The notes beneath the pieces were generated by a model. The model was not told the origin of the DNA. It did not search any database and was given only the letters and a program-made list of their open reading frames with translations. A DNA stretch of 64,000 nt from the NCBI GenBank assembly GCA_041499475.1, contig JBGQKI010000010.1, positions 1,049 to 65,048 on the forward strand. Reading direction: 5' to 3'. The DNA comes from Thermoplasmata archaeon (GTDB lineage: Archaea > Thermoplasmatota > DTKX01 > DATEUP01). This document shows positions 1-9,340 of the stretch, piece after piece; position 1 is the stretch's first letter, and the number at the start of each line of letters is the position of its first letter. Made by a program: the position numbers and the translations under genes.

Positions 1-25
1 CCGCTAATCTGGCTCCCGTAAACCC

Positions 26-32
26 TTAAATA
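26..32 (+). promoter_or_regulatory. TATA-box-like element of the nuo operon (probably leaderless mRNA)
   Basis: TTAAATA at 26-32 in a GC-rich background, about 30 nt upstream of the nuoA ATG at 61. Confidence 0.6.
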
Positions 33-60
33 ACGACGCCCCCATCCCGCGAGCCTGGTT

Positions 61-429
61 ATGGCAGACGTTACCGCCGAGTCGTACATCCCCCTGGCTA
101 TGTTCGCCACCCTCGGGATTCTCTTCGCGATGATCTCGCTCTATATGCCCCGTTTCTTCGCCCCCCGCAACCCCCACCCCCGCAAGACCCTGCCCTTCGA
201 GTGCGGCGAGGAGCCCCTCGGCTCGCCCCCCCTCCAGTTCCACTTCCAGTTCTACCGGTTCGCGATCCCCTTTGTCGTCTCCGATGTCATGGCGCTCTTC
301 ATCCTGCTCTACGTGTCCGTCTGGCGCTCGGTCACCCTCGACTCGCGGCTCGTGTTCGGCGCGTTTGTCGCCGTCTGGCTCGTCTCGATCGCCTACGCGC
401 TGCGGATGGAGGAGCGAATATGGATCTGA
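61..429 (+). CDS. nuoA: Complex I-like oxidoreductase subunit A
   Basis: About 120 aa, 3 hydrophobic helices, PFECGEEP loop, [13 protein letters not shown] motif; first gene of the nuo cluster. Confidence 0.92.
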   Translation: MADVTAESYIPLAMFATLGILFAMISLYMPRFFAPRNPHPRKTLPFECGEEPLGSPPLQFHFQFYRFAIPFVVSDVMALFILLYVSVWRSVTLDSRLVFGAFVAVWLVSIAYALRMEERIWI

Positions 430-1052
430 ACGACCCCGCCGCCCCAGGCCTTGGCGAGGGCGCGCTCTTCGCCCGCTCGCGCGACTTGCTCATGCGCACG
501 CAGAACGCCATCGAGCGCTCGCTGGTCGATGCCCCCTTCGTGGGCAACTATGTAAAGCGGCTCGTCGACAAGTCGATGGGCGAAATCCTCAAGGTCGGCC
601 AGGCCGCCTCGCTCTGGCCGCTCCACCTCGGCATCGCCTGCTGCGCGATCGAGATGGCCGCCATGGGCGCCTCGCGCTTCGACGCCGAACGGCTCGGCAT
701 CCTCTTCTGGTCGTCCCCGCGCCAGTGCGACGTGCTCTTCATCAACGGCACGATCTCGCGCAAGTTCGCGCCGCGCCTGCGCATGCTCTACGACCAGATG
801 CCCGAACCCAAGTGGGCGATGGCCGTGGGCAACTGCGCGATCTCTGGCGGGCCGTTTTTCGAGGGGTACAACACCGTCCTTGGAGCCGACCAGATCATCC
901 CGGTCGACATCTACGTGCCCGGCTGCCCGCCCCGCCCCGAGGCGATGCTCTTCGGGCTCATCAAGCTCCAGGAAAAGATTCTGATGCAGCGCCCCGACTT
1001 CCTGGGGACTGGCATCAGGCAGGAGCTCGCGCGCGAGGCCGGCGCGCAGTAG
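420..1052 (+). CDS. nuoB: Complex I-like subunit B (N2 Fe-S cluster)
   Basis: [37 protein letters not shown] motifs; ATG at 420 overlaps the nuoA end. Confidence 0.95.
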   Translation: MDLNDPAAPGLGEGALFARSRDLLMRTQNAIERSLVDAPFVGNYVKRLVDKSMGEILKVGQAASLWPLHLGIACCAIEMAAMGASRFDAERLGILFWSSPRQCDVLFINGTISRKFAPRLRMLYDQMPEPKWAMAVGNCAISGGPFFEGYNTVLGADQIIPVDIYVPGCPPRPEAMLFGLIKLQEKILMQRPDFLGTGIRQELAREAGAQ

Positions 1053-1099
1053 CCCTTCTGTCGCAAAAGGCCGGACGGGAAGCAAAGGACGGGAAGCCG

Positions 1100-1651
1100 A
1101 TGGCAGCCCCCATGTTGCCGCCCGGCGCACCCCCCATCCCCGTCTCCACGCTGCCGCCCGACCCCGCCTGCATCGAACTTGCCAAGCGCATCGAGGCGGA
1201 GTGGAAAGGGAAGGTCAAGTCGGTCAAGGCGATGAACCCCCTCAACCCGGGGATCCAGCTCGAGAAGAACGTGTATGTCGCCTTCGACACCGACCACGCC
1301 GCGATCCAACCGTTCTGGTCGTGGGCGCGCGACAAGGAAGGGTTCGACCACTGCTCGCTCGTGGTGGCCATCGACCACATGGACCGCATCGAAGTCAAGC
1401 ACCTCCTCTTCGGCTACGGCCACCACATCACGATCGAGACCTCCGCCAACTGCAGCCGGCTCGACCCCGAAATGCCCTCGGCCGCCCTTCTCTGGCGCGG
1501 AGCCAACTGGCTCGAGCGCGAGCAGTTCGACCTCATGGGCGTGAAATTTGCGGGCCACCCCGACCTTCGCCGCGTCCTCTTGCCCGACGACTGGATCGGC
1601 CACCCGCTTCGCAAGGACTACGAATTCCGCCAAGCCGGGGAGTGGTGGTGA
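1100..1651 (+). CDS. nuoC: Complex I-like subunit C
   Basis: [38 protein letters not shown] signature; start placed at ATG 1100 (short Pro-rich N-terminus). Confidence 0.93.
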   Translation: MAAPMLPPGAPPIPVSTLPPDPACIELAKRIEAEWKGKVKSVKAMNPLNPGIQLEKNVYVAFDTDHAAIQPFWSWARDKEGFDHCSLVVAIDHMDRIEVKHLLFGYGHHITIETSANCSRLDPEMPSAALLWRGANWLEREQFDLMGVKFAGHPDLRRVLLPDDWIGHPLRKDYEFRQAGEWW

Positions 1652-1655
1652 CACC

Positions 1656-2738
1656 ATGGCCGAGATGTGGATCAACATCGGGCCGCAGCACCCGTCCACG
1701 CACGGGCTGTGGGACCTGCGGATCAAGGTCAACGGCGAGGTCATCATCGACGCCGACCCGCAGGTCGGCTACCTCCACCGCTCCGTCGAGAAGATCTGCG
1801 AACGCAAGGAGTTCATCATGGCCATGCCCATGACCGAGCGCCTCTGCTACGTCGCCAACATGAACTGGACGCACCTCTACGTCCACGCCGTCGAGAAGCT
1901 CATGAACTGCGAGATCCCCGAGCGGGCCAAGTGGATCCGCGTCATGGTCTGCGAGATGAACCGCATCGCCTCGCACCTCTTCTGGCTGGGCGCCTACGCC
2001 GCCGACATCGGCCAGCTCACCATGTTCCTCTACCCCATCCGTGAGCGCGAGTACGTGCTCGACTTGCTCGAGTACATCACCGGCGCGCGGATGATGTACA
2101 ACTACCCGCGGATCGGGGGACAGGTCAAGGACGTCGACGACAAGTTCCTGCGCCGCTCGAAGGTCGTGGCCGACATGATCCTCGGCCAGATCCCGAAGTA
2201 CGAGAAGATGCTCGACGACTCCGAGATCTGGCGCATGCGCACGGAAGGCGTGGGGGTCATCGACAAGGCGATGGCCAAGAACGCCGGCGTCACCGGGCCC
2301 TCGCTGCGCGCCTGCGGCGTCAACTACGACACGCGCAAGGCGCTCCCCTACTGGGCTTACGACCAGGTCGACTTCGAAGTCCCCGTCTACGACGCAGGCG
2401 ACTCGTTCGCGCGCTACCGCGTCCGGGTCGAGGAGATCGCCGAGTCCTGCCGGATCGTCAAGCAGTGCGCCGACCGCATGCCCGAAGGCGAGTTCATCGG
2501 CAAGGCGCCGCGCGTGGCCCCCAAGACCTACGCTTGGGTGCGCCACGAAGACCCCCGCGGCGAGTCCATGTGCCTCATCATGGGCACCGGCGGCAAGAAC
2601 CCCTACCGCGTGAAGTTCCGCTCGCCCGCTTTCGTCAACATCTCGGCGCTGCCCCTCATGCTCCTCGGCTACAAGATCCCGGATGTCCCGGGCATCATGG
2701 GCTCCATCGACGTCTGCATCGGGGAGGTGGACCGCTAA
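1656..2738 (+). CDS. nuoD: Complex I-like subunit D (quinone-binding, Fpo-like)
   Basis: NIGPQHPSTHG, QVGYLHRSVEK, ERLCY, EDPRGE, C-terminal GSIDVCIGEVDR; GGTGGTGA SD before ATG 1656. Confidence 0.95.
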   Translation: MAEMWINIGPQHPSTHGLWDLRIKVNGEVIIDADPQVGYLHRSVEKICERKEFIMAMPMTERLCYVANMNWTHLYVHAVEKLMNCEIPERAKWIRVMVCEMNRIASHLFWLGAYAADIGQLTMFLYPIREREYVLDLLEYITGARMMYNYPRIGGQVKDVDDKFLRRSKVVADMILGQIPKYEKMLDDSEIWRMRTEGVGVIDKAMAKNAGVTGPSLRACGVNYDTRKALPYWAYDQVDFEVPVYDAGDSFARYRVRVEEIAESCRIVKQCADRMPEGEFIGKAPRVAPKTYAWVRHEDPRGESMCLIMGTGGKNPYRVKFRSPAFVNISALPLMLLGYKIPDVPGIMGSIDVCIGEVDR

Positions 2739-4856
2739 GTGGCCCCCGCGAACCCCTTCGACTGGTCATTCCTCGACCTCTGCGGGGCGTTGAACGACAT
2801 CTCGTACCACGTGCTCTACGGGCTCGGCGACCTGCCGCACAACCTCTGGAACATCCTCGTCACATCCCTTGGCATGTCAAGCCTGCAGCTTGCCCCCGGC
2901 CAGTGGACTTTCCACCTCGGCATCGCCGACTGGCTTTTCGTACAGAACCGCGCGATCATGGTCCCGCTCATCGCCGCGTCCCTGCTCCTCATGTTCACGC
3001 TCACCAACGTCTTGATGTTCATTTGGGCCGAGCGCAAGCTGCTCGCCCGCTTCATGGACCGGCGCGGCCCCATGGTCGCCGGGCCCTTCGGGCTCCTCCA
3101 GAACGTTTGGGACGGCATGAAACTCCTCACCAAAGAAAACGCGCGGCCCGCGCGGGCCGACATGTTCGCGTTCTTCCTGTGCCCCATCATCCTCGTGGCC
3201 TCCGCGTTTGCCGCCGCCGGCGCGCTGCCGATGTCCCCCAAGGTGCAGGTCGCCACCATCGACCTCGACGTGCTGTGGGTGCTCATGCTCTTCGCCTTCT
3301 CGCCCTACGCCGTGTTCCTGGGCGGCTGGGCCTCCTACAACAAGTTCTCGCTCCTTGGCGGCATGCGCTCGGCCGCCCAGATGCTCGCCGGAGAGGTGCC
3401 CTTTTTCCTCTCGGTGGCCGGCGTGGTCCTCATCGTCGGCTCGTTCCGATTCGCCGACATCGTCGCGTGGCAGGACGCGCACGGCTGGATGATCTTCACC
3501 CAGCCGCTCGGCGCCGTCCTCTTCACTGTCGCCGTGCTGGTCGAGCTCGAGCGGATCCCCTTCGACCTGCCCGAAGCCGAATCCGAGCTCGTCGAGGGCT
3601 GGACCACCGAGTACTCGGGCCTGCGCTGGGGCATGCTCTGGCTCGGCGGCTACATCCGCGGCTTCGTTGGCTGCGCAATGATCACGCTCCTCTTCCTCGG
3701 CGGCTGGTCGATGCCCTCGTACACCGTGAACGGCGTGCAGGTGTTCACGCCCCACCTCATCCCGCCCTTCTTCATTTTCCTCCTCAAGTCGTACCTCGTG
3801 TTCGCCGTATTCGTGTGGCTGCGCGCGTCGTACCCGCGCGTCCGCACCGACCAGCTGCTGAACGCCGGCTGGAAGCGGCTGCTCCCCCTCACGCTCGTCA
3901 ACATCGCCATCGCGGGCTTCCTCATCGTCGACCAGGTGCACCCCGGCGAGGTCGTGCAGACGCCGTTCGGCGCGGTGTCGCAAGAGACCGTCGTGGCCTG
4001 GAGCGTGGGCACCCTCACCTTCCTCGTCATGGTCGGCGCCTACTCCATGCGGCTCCTCCCCCGCGTCCTGCAGCCGCTCACCGTCACCGGCCGGATGTTC
4101 ATCGACACCATCGGCTGGTTCGGCGGGCGGCCGTTCACCGTCCTCTACCCTTACGAGCGCCTCGAGGTGCCGCTTGCCGAGCGGTGGCTCCACGGCCTCT
4201 CCGATGAGAAGTGCATCTCGTGTGCCCGCTGCTGCCGCATCTGCCCCGACAATTGCCTCAACATGGTCGACACGCAGATGGGCCAGCACCCCGACCCGCG
4301 CTTCACCACGCGCCCCGCCCTCGACGCCTCGCACTGCATGTTCTGCGGCCTCTGCGTCGAGGTGTGCCCCACCGGCGCGCTGACGATGGGGCCGAACTAC
4401 GAGCTCTCCGGTTTCTCGCGCGACGAGCTCTACTGGTCACAAGACCAGCTCATGGGCTACGACAAGAAGGAAATGCAGGAGAACCCGCACAAGGGCGAGA
4501 TGGAGGTCGAAGGCCCCATCGACAAGCTCCTCTACCCCCTCATCACGCCCCTCCTCCAATTCATCACGCCCCACAACTACGAGCGCGCCAAGGGCACCCA
4601 CTCCGACGCCAACGTGAGCGCCCAGGCGGTCCGCGAACTCACCGGCGGGATGGAGGACGAAAAAGAGCTCGGCCTCATCATGGACAACATGTCGCCGCGC
4701 TCCAAGAAGGCCGTCGAGATGCTGCTTGCAGACATGCGCAAGCGCAAGGCCGGGCCCGCCGACCTCTCCGCCTGGGACCTGCGCCACGCGCGCAAGCACG
4801 AGCCCAAGGGCTCGGGCTTTGGCGAGACGGCCCCCGAGGAGGATGAGGGGTCGTGA
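2739..4856 (+). CDS. nuoH: Fused NuoH-NuoI subunit with an extra TM linker and a C-terminal extension
   Basis: NuoH motifs (WAERKLLARFMDRRGP, GLLQNVWDGMKLLTKE, ELERIPFDLPEAESELVEGWTTEYSG, RASYPRVRTDQL) continue in frame into NuoI (PFTVLYPYER, CISCARCCRICP, CMFCGLCVEVCPTGAL); GTG start directly after the nuoD stop. Confidence 0.93.
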   Translation: MAPANPFDWSFLDLCGALNDISYHVLYGLGDLPHNLWNILVTSLGMSSLQLAPGQWTFHLGIADWLFVQNRAIMVPLIAASLLLMFTLTNVLMFIWAERKLLARFMDRRGPMVAGPFGLLQNVWDGMKLLTKENARPARADMFAFFLCPIILVASAFAAAGALPMSPKVQVATIDLDVLWVLMLFAFSPYAVFLGGWASYNKFSLLGGMRSAAQMLAGEVPFFLSVAGVVLIVGSFRFADIVAWQDAHGWMIFTQPLGAVLFTVAVLVELERIPFDLPEAESELVEGWTTEYSGLRWGMLWLGGYIRGFVGCAMITLLFLGGWSMPSYTVNGVQVFTPHLIPPFFIFLLKSYLVFAVFVWLRASYPRVRTDQLLNAGWKRLLPLTLVNIAIAGFLIVDQVHPGEVVQTPFGAVSQETVVAWSVGTLTFLVMVGAYSMRLLPRVLQPLTVTGRMFIDTIGWFGGRPFTVLYPYERLEVPLAERWLHGLSDEKCISCARCCRICPDNCLNMVDTQMGQHPDPRFTTRPALDASHCMFCGLCVEVCPTGALTMGPNYELSGFSRDELYWSQDQLMGYDKKEMQENPHKGEMEVEGPIDKLLYPLITPLLQFITPHNYERAKGTHSDANVSAQAVRELTGGMEDEKELGLIMDNMSPRSKKAVEMLLADMRKRKAGPADLSAWDLRHARKHEPKGSGFGETAPEEDEGS

Positions 4857-5116
4857 CGCTCCGCGAGGACGCCACCTTCTGGCTCTTCATCGGCACCACC
4901 ATCCTGCCCGCCCTCTTCGCCGTGCGGTCGCGCGACGCGATGAAGGGCGTCATCTGGCTGTCCATCTCGCTCATCGGCGTGGCCGCCCTCTTCCTCCTCC
5001 TTGGCTCCACCATCCTCCTCCTCTTCCAGCTCATCATCTACGTCGGCGCCGTGACCGTCCTCTACGTCTGGGGCGTGATGCTCATGCGCACCGAGATCCA
5101 GGAACGCGTCGAGTGA
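4853..5116 (+). CDS. nuoJ: Complex I-like subunit J, N-terminal half (J1)
   Basis: 3 TM helices, FQLIIYVGAVTVL motif; GTGA overlap with the previous gene. Confidence 0.85.
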   Translation: MTLREDATFWLFIGTTILPALFAVRSRDAMKGVIWLSISLIGVAALFLLLGSTILLLFQLIIYVGAVTVLYVWGVMLMRTEIQERVE

Positions 5117-5141
5117 TCGTCACCGGCAGGAGGGACCCCGC

Positions 5142-5402
5142 ATGAAACTTGGCGAAGCCGAATCGGCCTCGAAACTGGCGCTGGTCGCCCTCGTGGTGGT
5201 GGCCCTCTTCCTCGTCATCGCCTCGGGCGACTGGGGCGCCGGCAACGGGTTTGCCGTCACCGAGCGCTCCACCGCCACGTACGGCGACTTCGCCCGCGAC
5301 CTCTTCGACCACCACGGGTTCGAACTGGTCGTTGCCGCCCTCATCATCGCCGCCGCAGCGCTTGGCGGGCTCCAGATCGCGCGCGAGGAGGAGTACGATT
5401 GA
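5142..5402 (+). CDS. nuoJ: Complex I-like subunit J, C-terminal half (J2)
   Basis: LFDHHGFELVVAALIIAAAALGGLQIAR resembles the NuoJ C-terminus; GGAGG SD; lies between J1 and K. Confidence 0.8.
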   Translation: MKLGEAESASKLALVALVVVALFLVIASGDWGAGNGFAVTERSTATYGDFARDLFDHHGFELVVAALIIAAAALGGLQIAREEEYD

Positions 5403-5701
5403 TCCCGCTCTCCTGGTACCTCTACGCCGCAGCCCTCCTCTTCTGCATCGGGCTGTGGGCCGTCACGCGCCGCCAAAACGCCATCATGATGCTCATCGGC
5501 ATCGAACTCATGCTGAACGCCGCTAACCTCAACCTCGTCGCCTTCTCGTACTTCCGCGGAGACCTCGGCGGCCTAACCCTTGCCGTCATCTCCATCGCGG
5601 TGGCCGCCGCCGAACTCGCCGTAGGCCTTGCCATCGCCATCATCGTGTTCAAGAATTTCCGCACGATCAACACCGGGCAGCTGACCAACCTCAAAGGCTA
5701 G
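5399..5701 (+). CDS. nuoK: Complex I-like subunit K
   Basis: GIELMLNAANLNL and AVAAAELAVGLAI (both conserved Glu); TTGA overlap. Confidence 0.93.
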   Translation: MIPLSWYLYAAALLFCIGLWAVTRRQNAIMMLIGIELMLNAANLNLVAFSYFRGDLGGLTLAVISIAVAAAELAVGLAIAIIVFKNFRTINTGQLTNLKG

Positions 5702-5726
5702 CCGGTTCGAAGGGGGGGTGAAACGC

Positions 5727-7820
5727 ATGGCCGGGCCGTTCGAGTGGCTGCTCCCGTACGCCTGGGTCACCGTTTTCCTGCCCGCGCTTGGCTTCGTCCT
5801 CGTCGCCGCGCTCGGGCGCGACAAGAAGCGCGGCAACTGGTGGCTCGACGGCGGCGCCCTGCTCGGCATCGTGACCGTGGCGTCGGCCGCAGTCCTCTCG
5901 TTCCTCATCTTCATCGAAGTGTGGGCATTCAACGACCCGTACTTTTCGCCCCACCCTTGGGTGTGGATGCGCTTCGGCACGCTCTACCTCGGCACCGGCC
6001 TGCACATCGACGGCCTCTCCGCGCTGCTGATGTTCGTCGTCTCGTTCCTCTCGACCTGCATCGCCGTCTACTCCACCGCCTACATGCACGAGGAGAGCGC
6101 CCTCAAGCGGTACTACTTCGAAATCCTCCTCTTCATCACCGGCATGATGGGGATGGTCGTCGTTGACAACTACCTCTTCGCGTTCATCTTCTGGGAGATG
6201 ATGGGGCTCTGCTCCTACCTGCTCATCGGCTACTGGTACACCAAGCCCTCCGCGGCCTCCGCCGCGAAGAAGGCGTTCCTCGTCACGCGCGCCGGCGACA
6301 TCCTCTTCCTCTTCGGCATCCTGCTGCTCTTCAACAACTTCGGGACCCTCAATTACAACGAGCTTTTCGAGACGATCCGCCGCGGATTTGCCGGCCACAC
6401 CCTCACGCCCGACCAGTTCAACGCCGTCGGCTGGGCGGGGCTGCTCATCTTTGGCGGGGCCGTCGGCAAGTCCGCCCAGTTCCCGCTCCATGTGTGGCTG
6501 CCCGACGCCATGGAAGGGCCCACCACCGTGTCCGCGCTCATCCATGCCGCGACGATGGTCAAGGCCGGCGTCTACATCACGGCGCGGAGCCTGCCTATCC
6601 TCGCGCTTTTCCCCGGCTCCCTTGCCCTCATCGCCATCATCGGCGCCTTCACCGCGTTTCTCGCCGCGACGATTGCGCTCGTTGTCTACGACATCAAGCG
6701 CGTCCTTGCCTACTCGACGATCTCCCAGCTCGCGTACATGTTCATGGGCCTCGGCACGCTCGGCGTCGGTCCCGCCCTCTTCCACCTCATGAACCACGCG
6801 TTCTTCAAGGCCCTGCTTTTCCTCGGCTCCGGCTCCGTCATCCACGGCGCCCACACGCAGGACATGCGCAAGATGGGCGGCCTCAAAGACAAGATGCCGT
6901 GGACCTTCCGCACGATGCTCGTGGGCTCGCTCTCCCTTGCCGGCTTCCCGCTCGTGTCCGGGTGGTGGTCGAAGGACGAAATCCTTTCGAGCGCCGCTCA
7001 GCACGCGTCGGCCGGCGGCTACGTGTGGGGCCCCTTTGGGCTCACCGACTACGCGCCCATCGGCTGGACCATCTTCGCCCTCGGGCTTGCCACGGCCGGC
7101 CTCACCGGCTTCTACACGTTCCGCATGGTCTACATGACCTTCTACGGAAAGCCGCGCTACGACGAGGAGCATGTCCACGTCCACGAATCGCCGGGGCCGA
7201 TGGTGAACGTCCTCAAGGTGCTCATGGTGTTTGCCGCCGCCTCCGGCGCGGTCACCGTCGCCGTCTCGACCATCTACCCCAACTTCTTCGAGGACCACGT
7301 CGTCGTCGAAGCGCTCCACGGCCAAGTCACCCAAGTGCCAAGCCTCGTGAACCCCGTCGCCTACCTCTCCAACCCCGTCCTCTACGCCTCGACGCTCGTC
7401 GCGCTTGGCGGCATTTGGCTCGCGTGGATGACCTACCGTAGAGGCACCGTTTCGCCCAAGTCGATCGTCGGCCTTGCCGCCGACCCCGACCACCCCGAGC
7501 GGCGCGTCGGGGGCACCGCGGCCGGGCGCGCGCTCTTTTCGTTCTTCACCCTCAAGTGGGGGATGGACCACCTGTACCTCAAGATCGCCGCGCTTGGCGA
7601 CGGCGGAATCGCGCGCGGCGCCGATTGGCTCGACCGCCGCGTCATCGACGGCACAACCTACATGCTCCAGCGCGGCTCGTTTGGCGCCTCCGAAGCCCTG
7701 AAGCGCGCCGCCGACGGCGTCGTGCGCAACTACACCGCGTGGATCATCGCGGGCCTCGCGCTTTGCCTCATCCTCCTCAAGTACATCGTCCCCGCGGTCG
7801 CAGGAGGCGGTTCCCCGTGA
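5727..7820 (+). CDS. nuoL: Complex I-like antiporter subunit L
   Basis: IDGLS, FWEMMGLCSYLLIGYW, GKSAQFPLHVWLPDAMEGPTTVSALIHAATMVKAG, AYSTISQL, NHAFFKALLFL; ATG 5727 after GGGGTGA (alternative GTG 5718). Confidence 0.95.
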   Translation: MAGPFEWLLPYAWVTVFLPALGFVLVAALGRDKKRGNWWLDGGALLGIVTVASAAVLSFLIFIEVWAFNDPYFSPHPWVWMRFGTLYLGTGLHIDGLSALLMFVVSFLSTCIAVYSTAYMHEESALKRYYFEILLFITGMMGMVVVDNYLFAFIFWEMMGLCSYLLIGYWYTKPSAASAAKKAFLVTRAGDILFLFGILLLFNNFGTLNYNELFETIRRGFAGHTLTPDQFNAVGWAGLLIFGGAVGKSAQFPLHVWLPDAMEGPTTVSALIHAATMVKAGVYITARSLPILALFPGSLALIAIIGAFTAFLAATIALVVYDIKRVLAYSTISQLAYMFMGLGTLGVGPALFHLMNHAFFKALLFLGSGSVIHGAHTQDMRKMGGLKDKMPWTFRTMLVGSLSLAGFPLVSGWWSKDEILSSAAQHASAGGYVWGPFGLTDYAPIGWTIFALGLATAGLTGFYTFRMVYMTFYGKPRYDEEHVHVHESPGPMVNVLKVLMVFAAASGAVTVAVSTIYPNFFEDHVVVEALHGQVTQVPSLVNPVAYLSNPVLYASTLVALGGIWLAWMTYRRGTVSPKSIVGLAADPDHPERRVGGTAAGRALFSFFTLKWGMDHLYLKIAALGDGGIARGADWLDRRVIDGTTYMLQRGSFGASEALKRAADGVVRNYTAWIIAGLALCLILLKYIVPAVAGGGSP

Positions 7821-9340
7821 TCCCCTATGCGCTCTCGCTCCTCATCGCCGTCCCCCTCATCGGCGCCTTCACCACGCTCCTTTGGCCGGGGTCCGGGAGG
7901 CAGGCCAAGTGGATCGCGCTCGGCTTCTCCCTTGCCGAACTTGCCTACGGCCTCTTTGTCCTCCTCGACTTCGTGTCCATCGGCGGCTTCAACCTCCAGC
8001 TCTTCCACTTCGCCTACACCGAATCGGCCCCGTGGGTGCCCTCGCTTGGCATCTCGTACACGCTCGGCATCGACGGCCTGTCGTTTGCCATGATCCTGCT
8101 CACCCTCATCATCTTCCCGCCCGCCATCCTGTTCGCTTTCTCCGAGCACGAGGAACTCCACAAATTCTTCGCCATGCTCCTTGCCATGGAGGCCGCCATC
8201 CTCGGCGTGTTCATGGCGGAGGACTTCTTCCTGTTCTACATTTTCTGGGAAGCCGTCCTCATCCCGATGTTCTTCCTCATCCACGGGTGGGGAGGCGAGA
8301 ACCGCCGCTACGCCGCGATGAAGTTCTTCATTTACACTCACGTGGCGTCCGTCGTGATGCTCGTCGGGTTCCTTGCCATGTATTTCCAGTACGGCTCGGC
8401 AACCGGCGCCTCTGCGTACACCTTCGACATGGCCACCGTCGGCAACTACCTCTCCCACCACGCCGAAATGAAAGCGTTCCAGTCGCTCGCGTTCATCCTC
8501 GTGTTCTTCGGGTTCGCCGTGAAGATGCCCTCCTTCCCCTTCCACACATGGCTTCCCGACGCCCACGTCCAGGCGCCCACCGCGGGGTCGGTCATCCTCG
8601 CCGCGCTCCTGCTGAAAATGGGCGGCTACGGGCTCATCCGCATCGCGGTGGTCATGCTGCCCGAGGGCGCCCACGCTTTCGTCCCCCTCATGATTTTCCT
8701 CGGCGTGGCCTCCATGGTCTACGGCGCTTTCGTGTGCCTGCGCGCCGACGACCTCAAACGCCTCATCGCGGTGTCGTCGGTCTCCCACATGGGCTTCGTC
8801 ATGATTGCCGTGGCAAGCCTCAACAACATCGGCATCGCCGCCGCAATTTTCCAGATGTTCGCCCACGGCCTCATCTCCGCCATGCTCTTCATGATGGCGG
8901 GCGCGATCGGCCATAATGTCGGCACCCGCAGGGTCAGCGAGCTCGGCGGCATCAACGCCAAAGTCCCGCGCATAGGCATGTTCACCATGTTCGCGTTCCT
9001 CGCCTCGCTCGGCTTGCCTGCCCTCGTCGGGTTCGCCGCCGAATTCACCGTCTTCCTGTCGTTCAACGCGGCCTTCGGGTACCTCGTCGCCATCCCCCTC
9101 GTCACGGTCCTCGTCACCGCCGCGTATTACCTCTGGGCGAGCCAGCGCGCGCTGTTTGGCCCCCTCAACCCCAAGTTCGAAAAGGCCGACATCCCCGACC
9201 TCAAGCCGTTCGAGACGGTGTCGCTGACCGCGCTTGCCGCCCTCATCGTCCTCTTCGGCATCCTGCCATTCCTGCTCATGGACTACGTGATCCCCTTCGC
9301 GACCCAGGTGGCCTCCGCCCTTGGAGGAGGGATGCTGTGA
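7817..9340 (+). CDS. nuoM: Complex I-like antiporter subunit M
   Basis: LGIDGLS, FYIFWEAVLIPMFFLI, VKMPSFPFHTWLPDAHVQAPTAGS, LLKMGGYG, SSVSHMG; GTG 7817 with GGAGG SD. Confidence 0.95.
   Translation: MIPYALSLLIAVPLIGAFTTLLWPGSGRQAKWIALGFSLAELAYGLFVLLDFVSIGGFNLQLFHFAYTESAPWVPSLGISYTLGIDGLSFAMILLTLIIFPPAILFAFSEHEELHKFFAMLLAMEAAILGVFMAEDFFLFYIFWEAVLIPMFFLIHGWGGENRRYAAMKFFIYTHVASVVMLVGFLAMYFQYGSATGASAYTFDMATVGNYLSHHAEMKAFQSLAFILVFFGFAVKMPSFPFHTWLPDAHVQAPTAGSVILAALLLKMGGYGLIRIAVVMLPEGAHAFVPLMIFLGVASMVYGAFVCLRADDLKRLIAVSSVSHMGFVMIAVASLNNIGIAAAIFQMFAHGLISAMLFMMAGAIGHNVGTRRVSELGGINAKVPRIGMFTMFAFLASLGLPALVGFAAEFTVFLSFNAAFGYLVAIPLVTVLVTAAYYLWASQRALFGPLNPKFEKADIPDLKPFETVSLTALAALIVLFGILPFLLMDYVIPFATQVASALGGGML

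Noticed and set aside
1073-1097. GGACGGGAAGC direct repeat between nuoB and nuoC
   Set aside because: Two 11-bp copies in GC-rich DNA; probably SD-like or chance.
4853-5402. Split nuoJ as a pseudogene or novelty
   Set aside because: A two-gene J1/J2 arrangement is known in archaeal Fpo/Nuo operons; both halves have proper starts.
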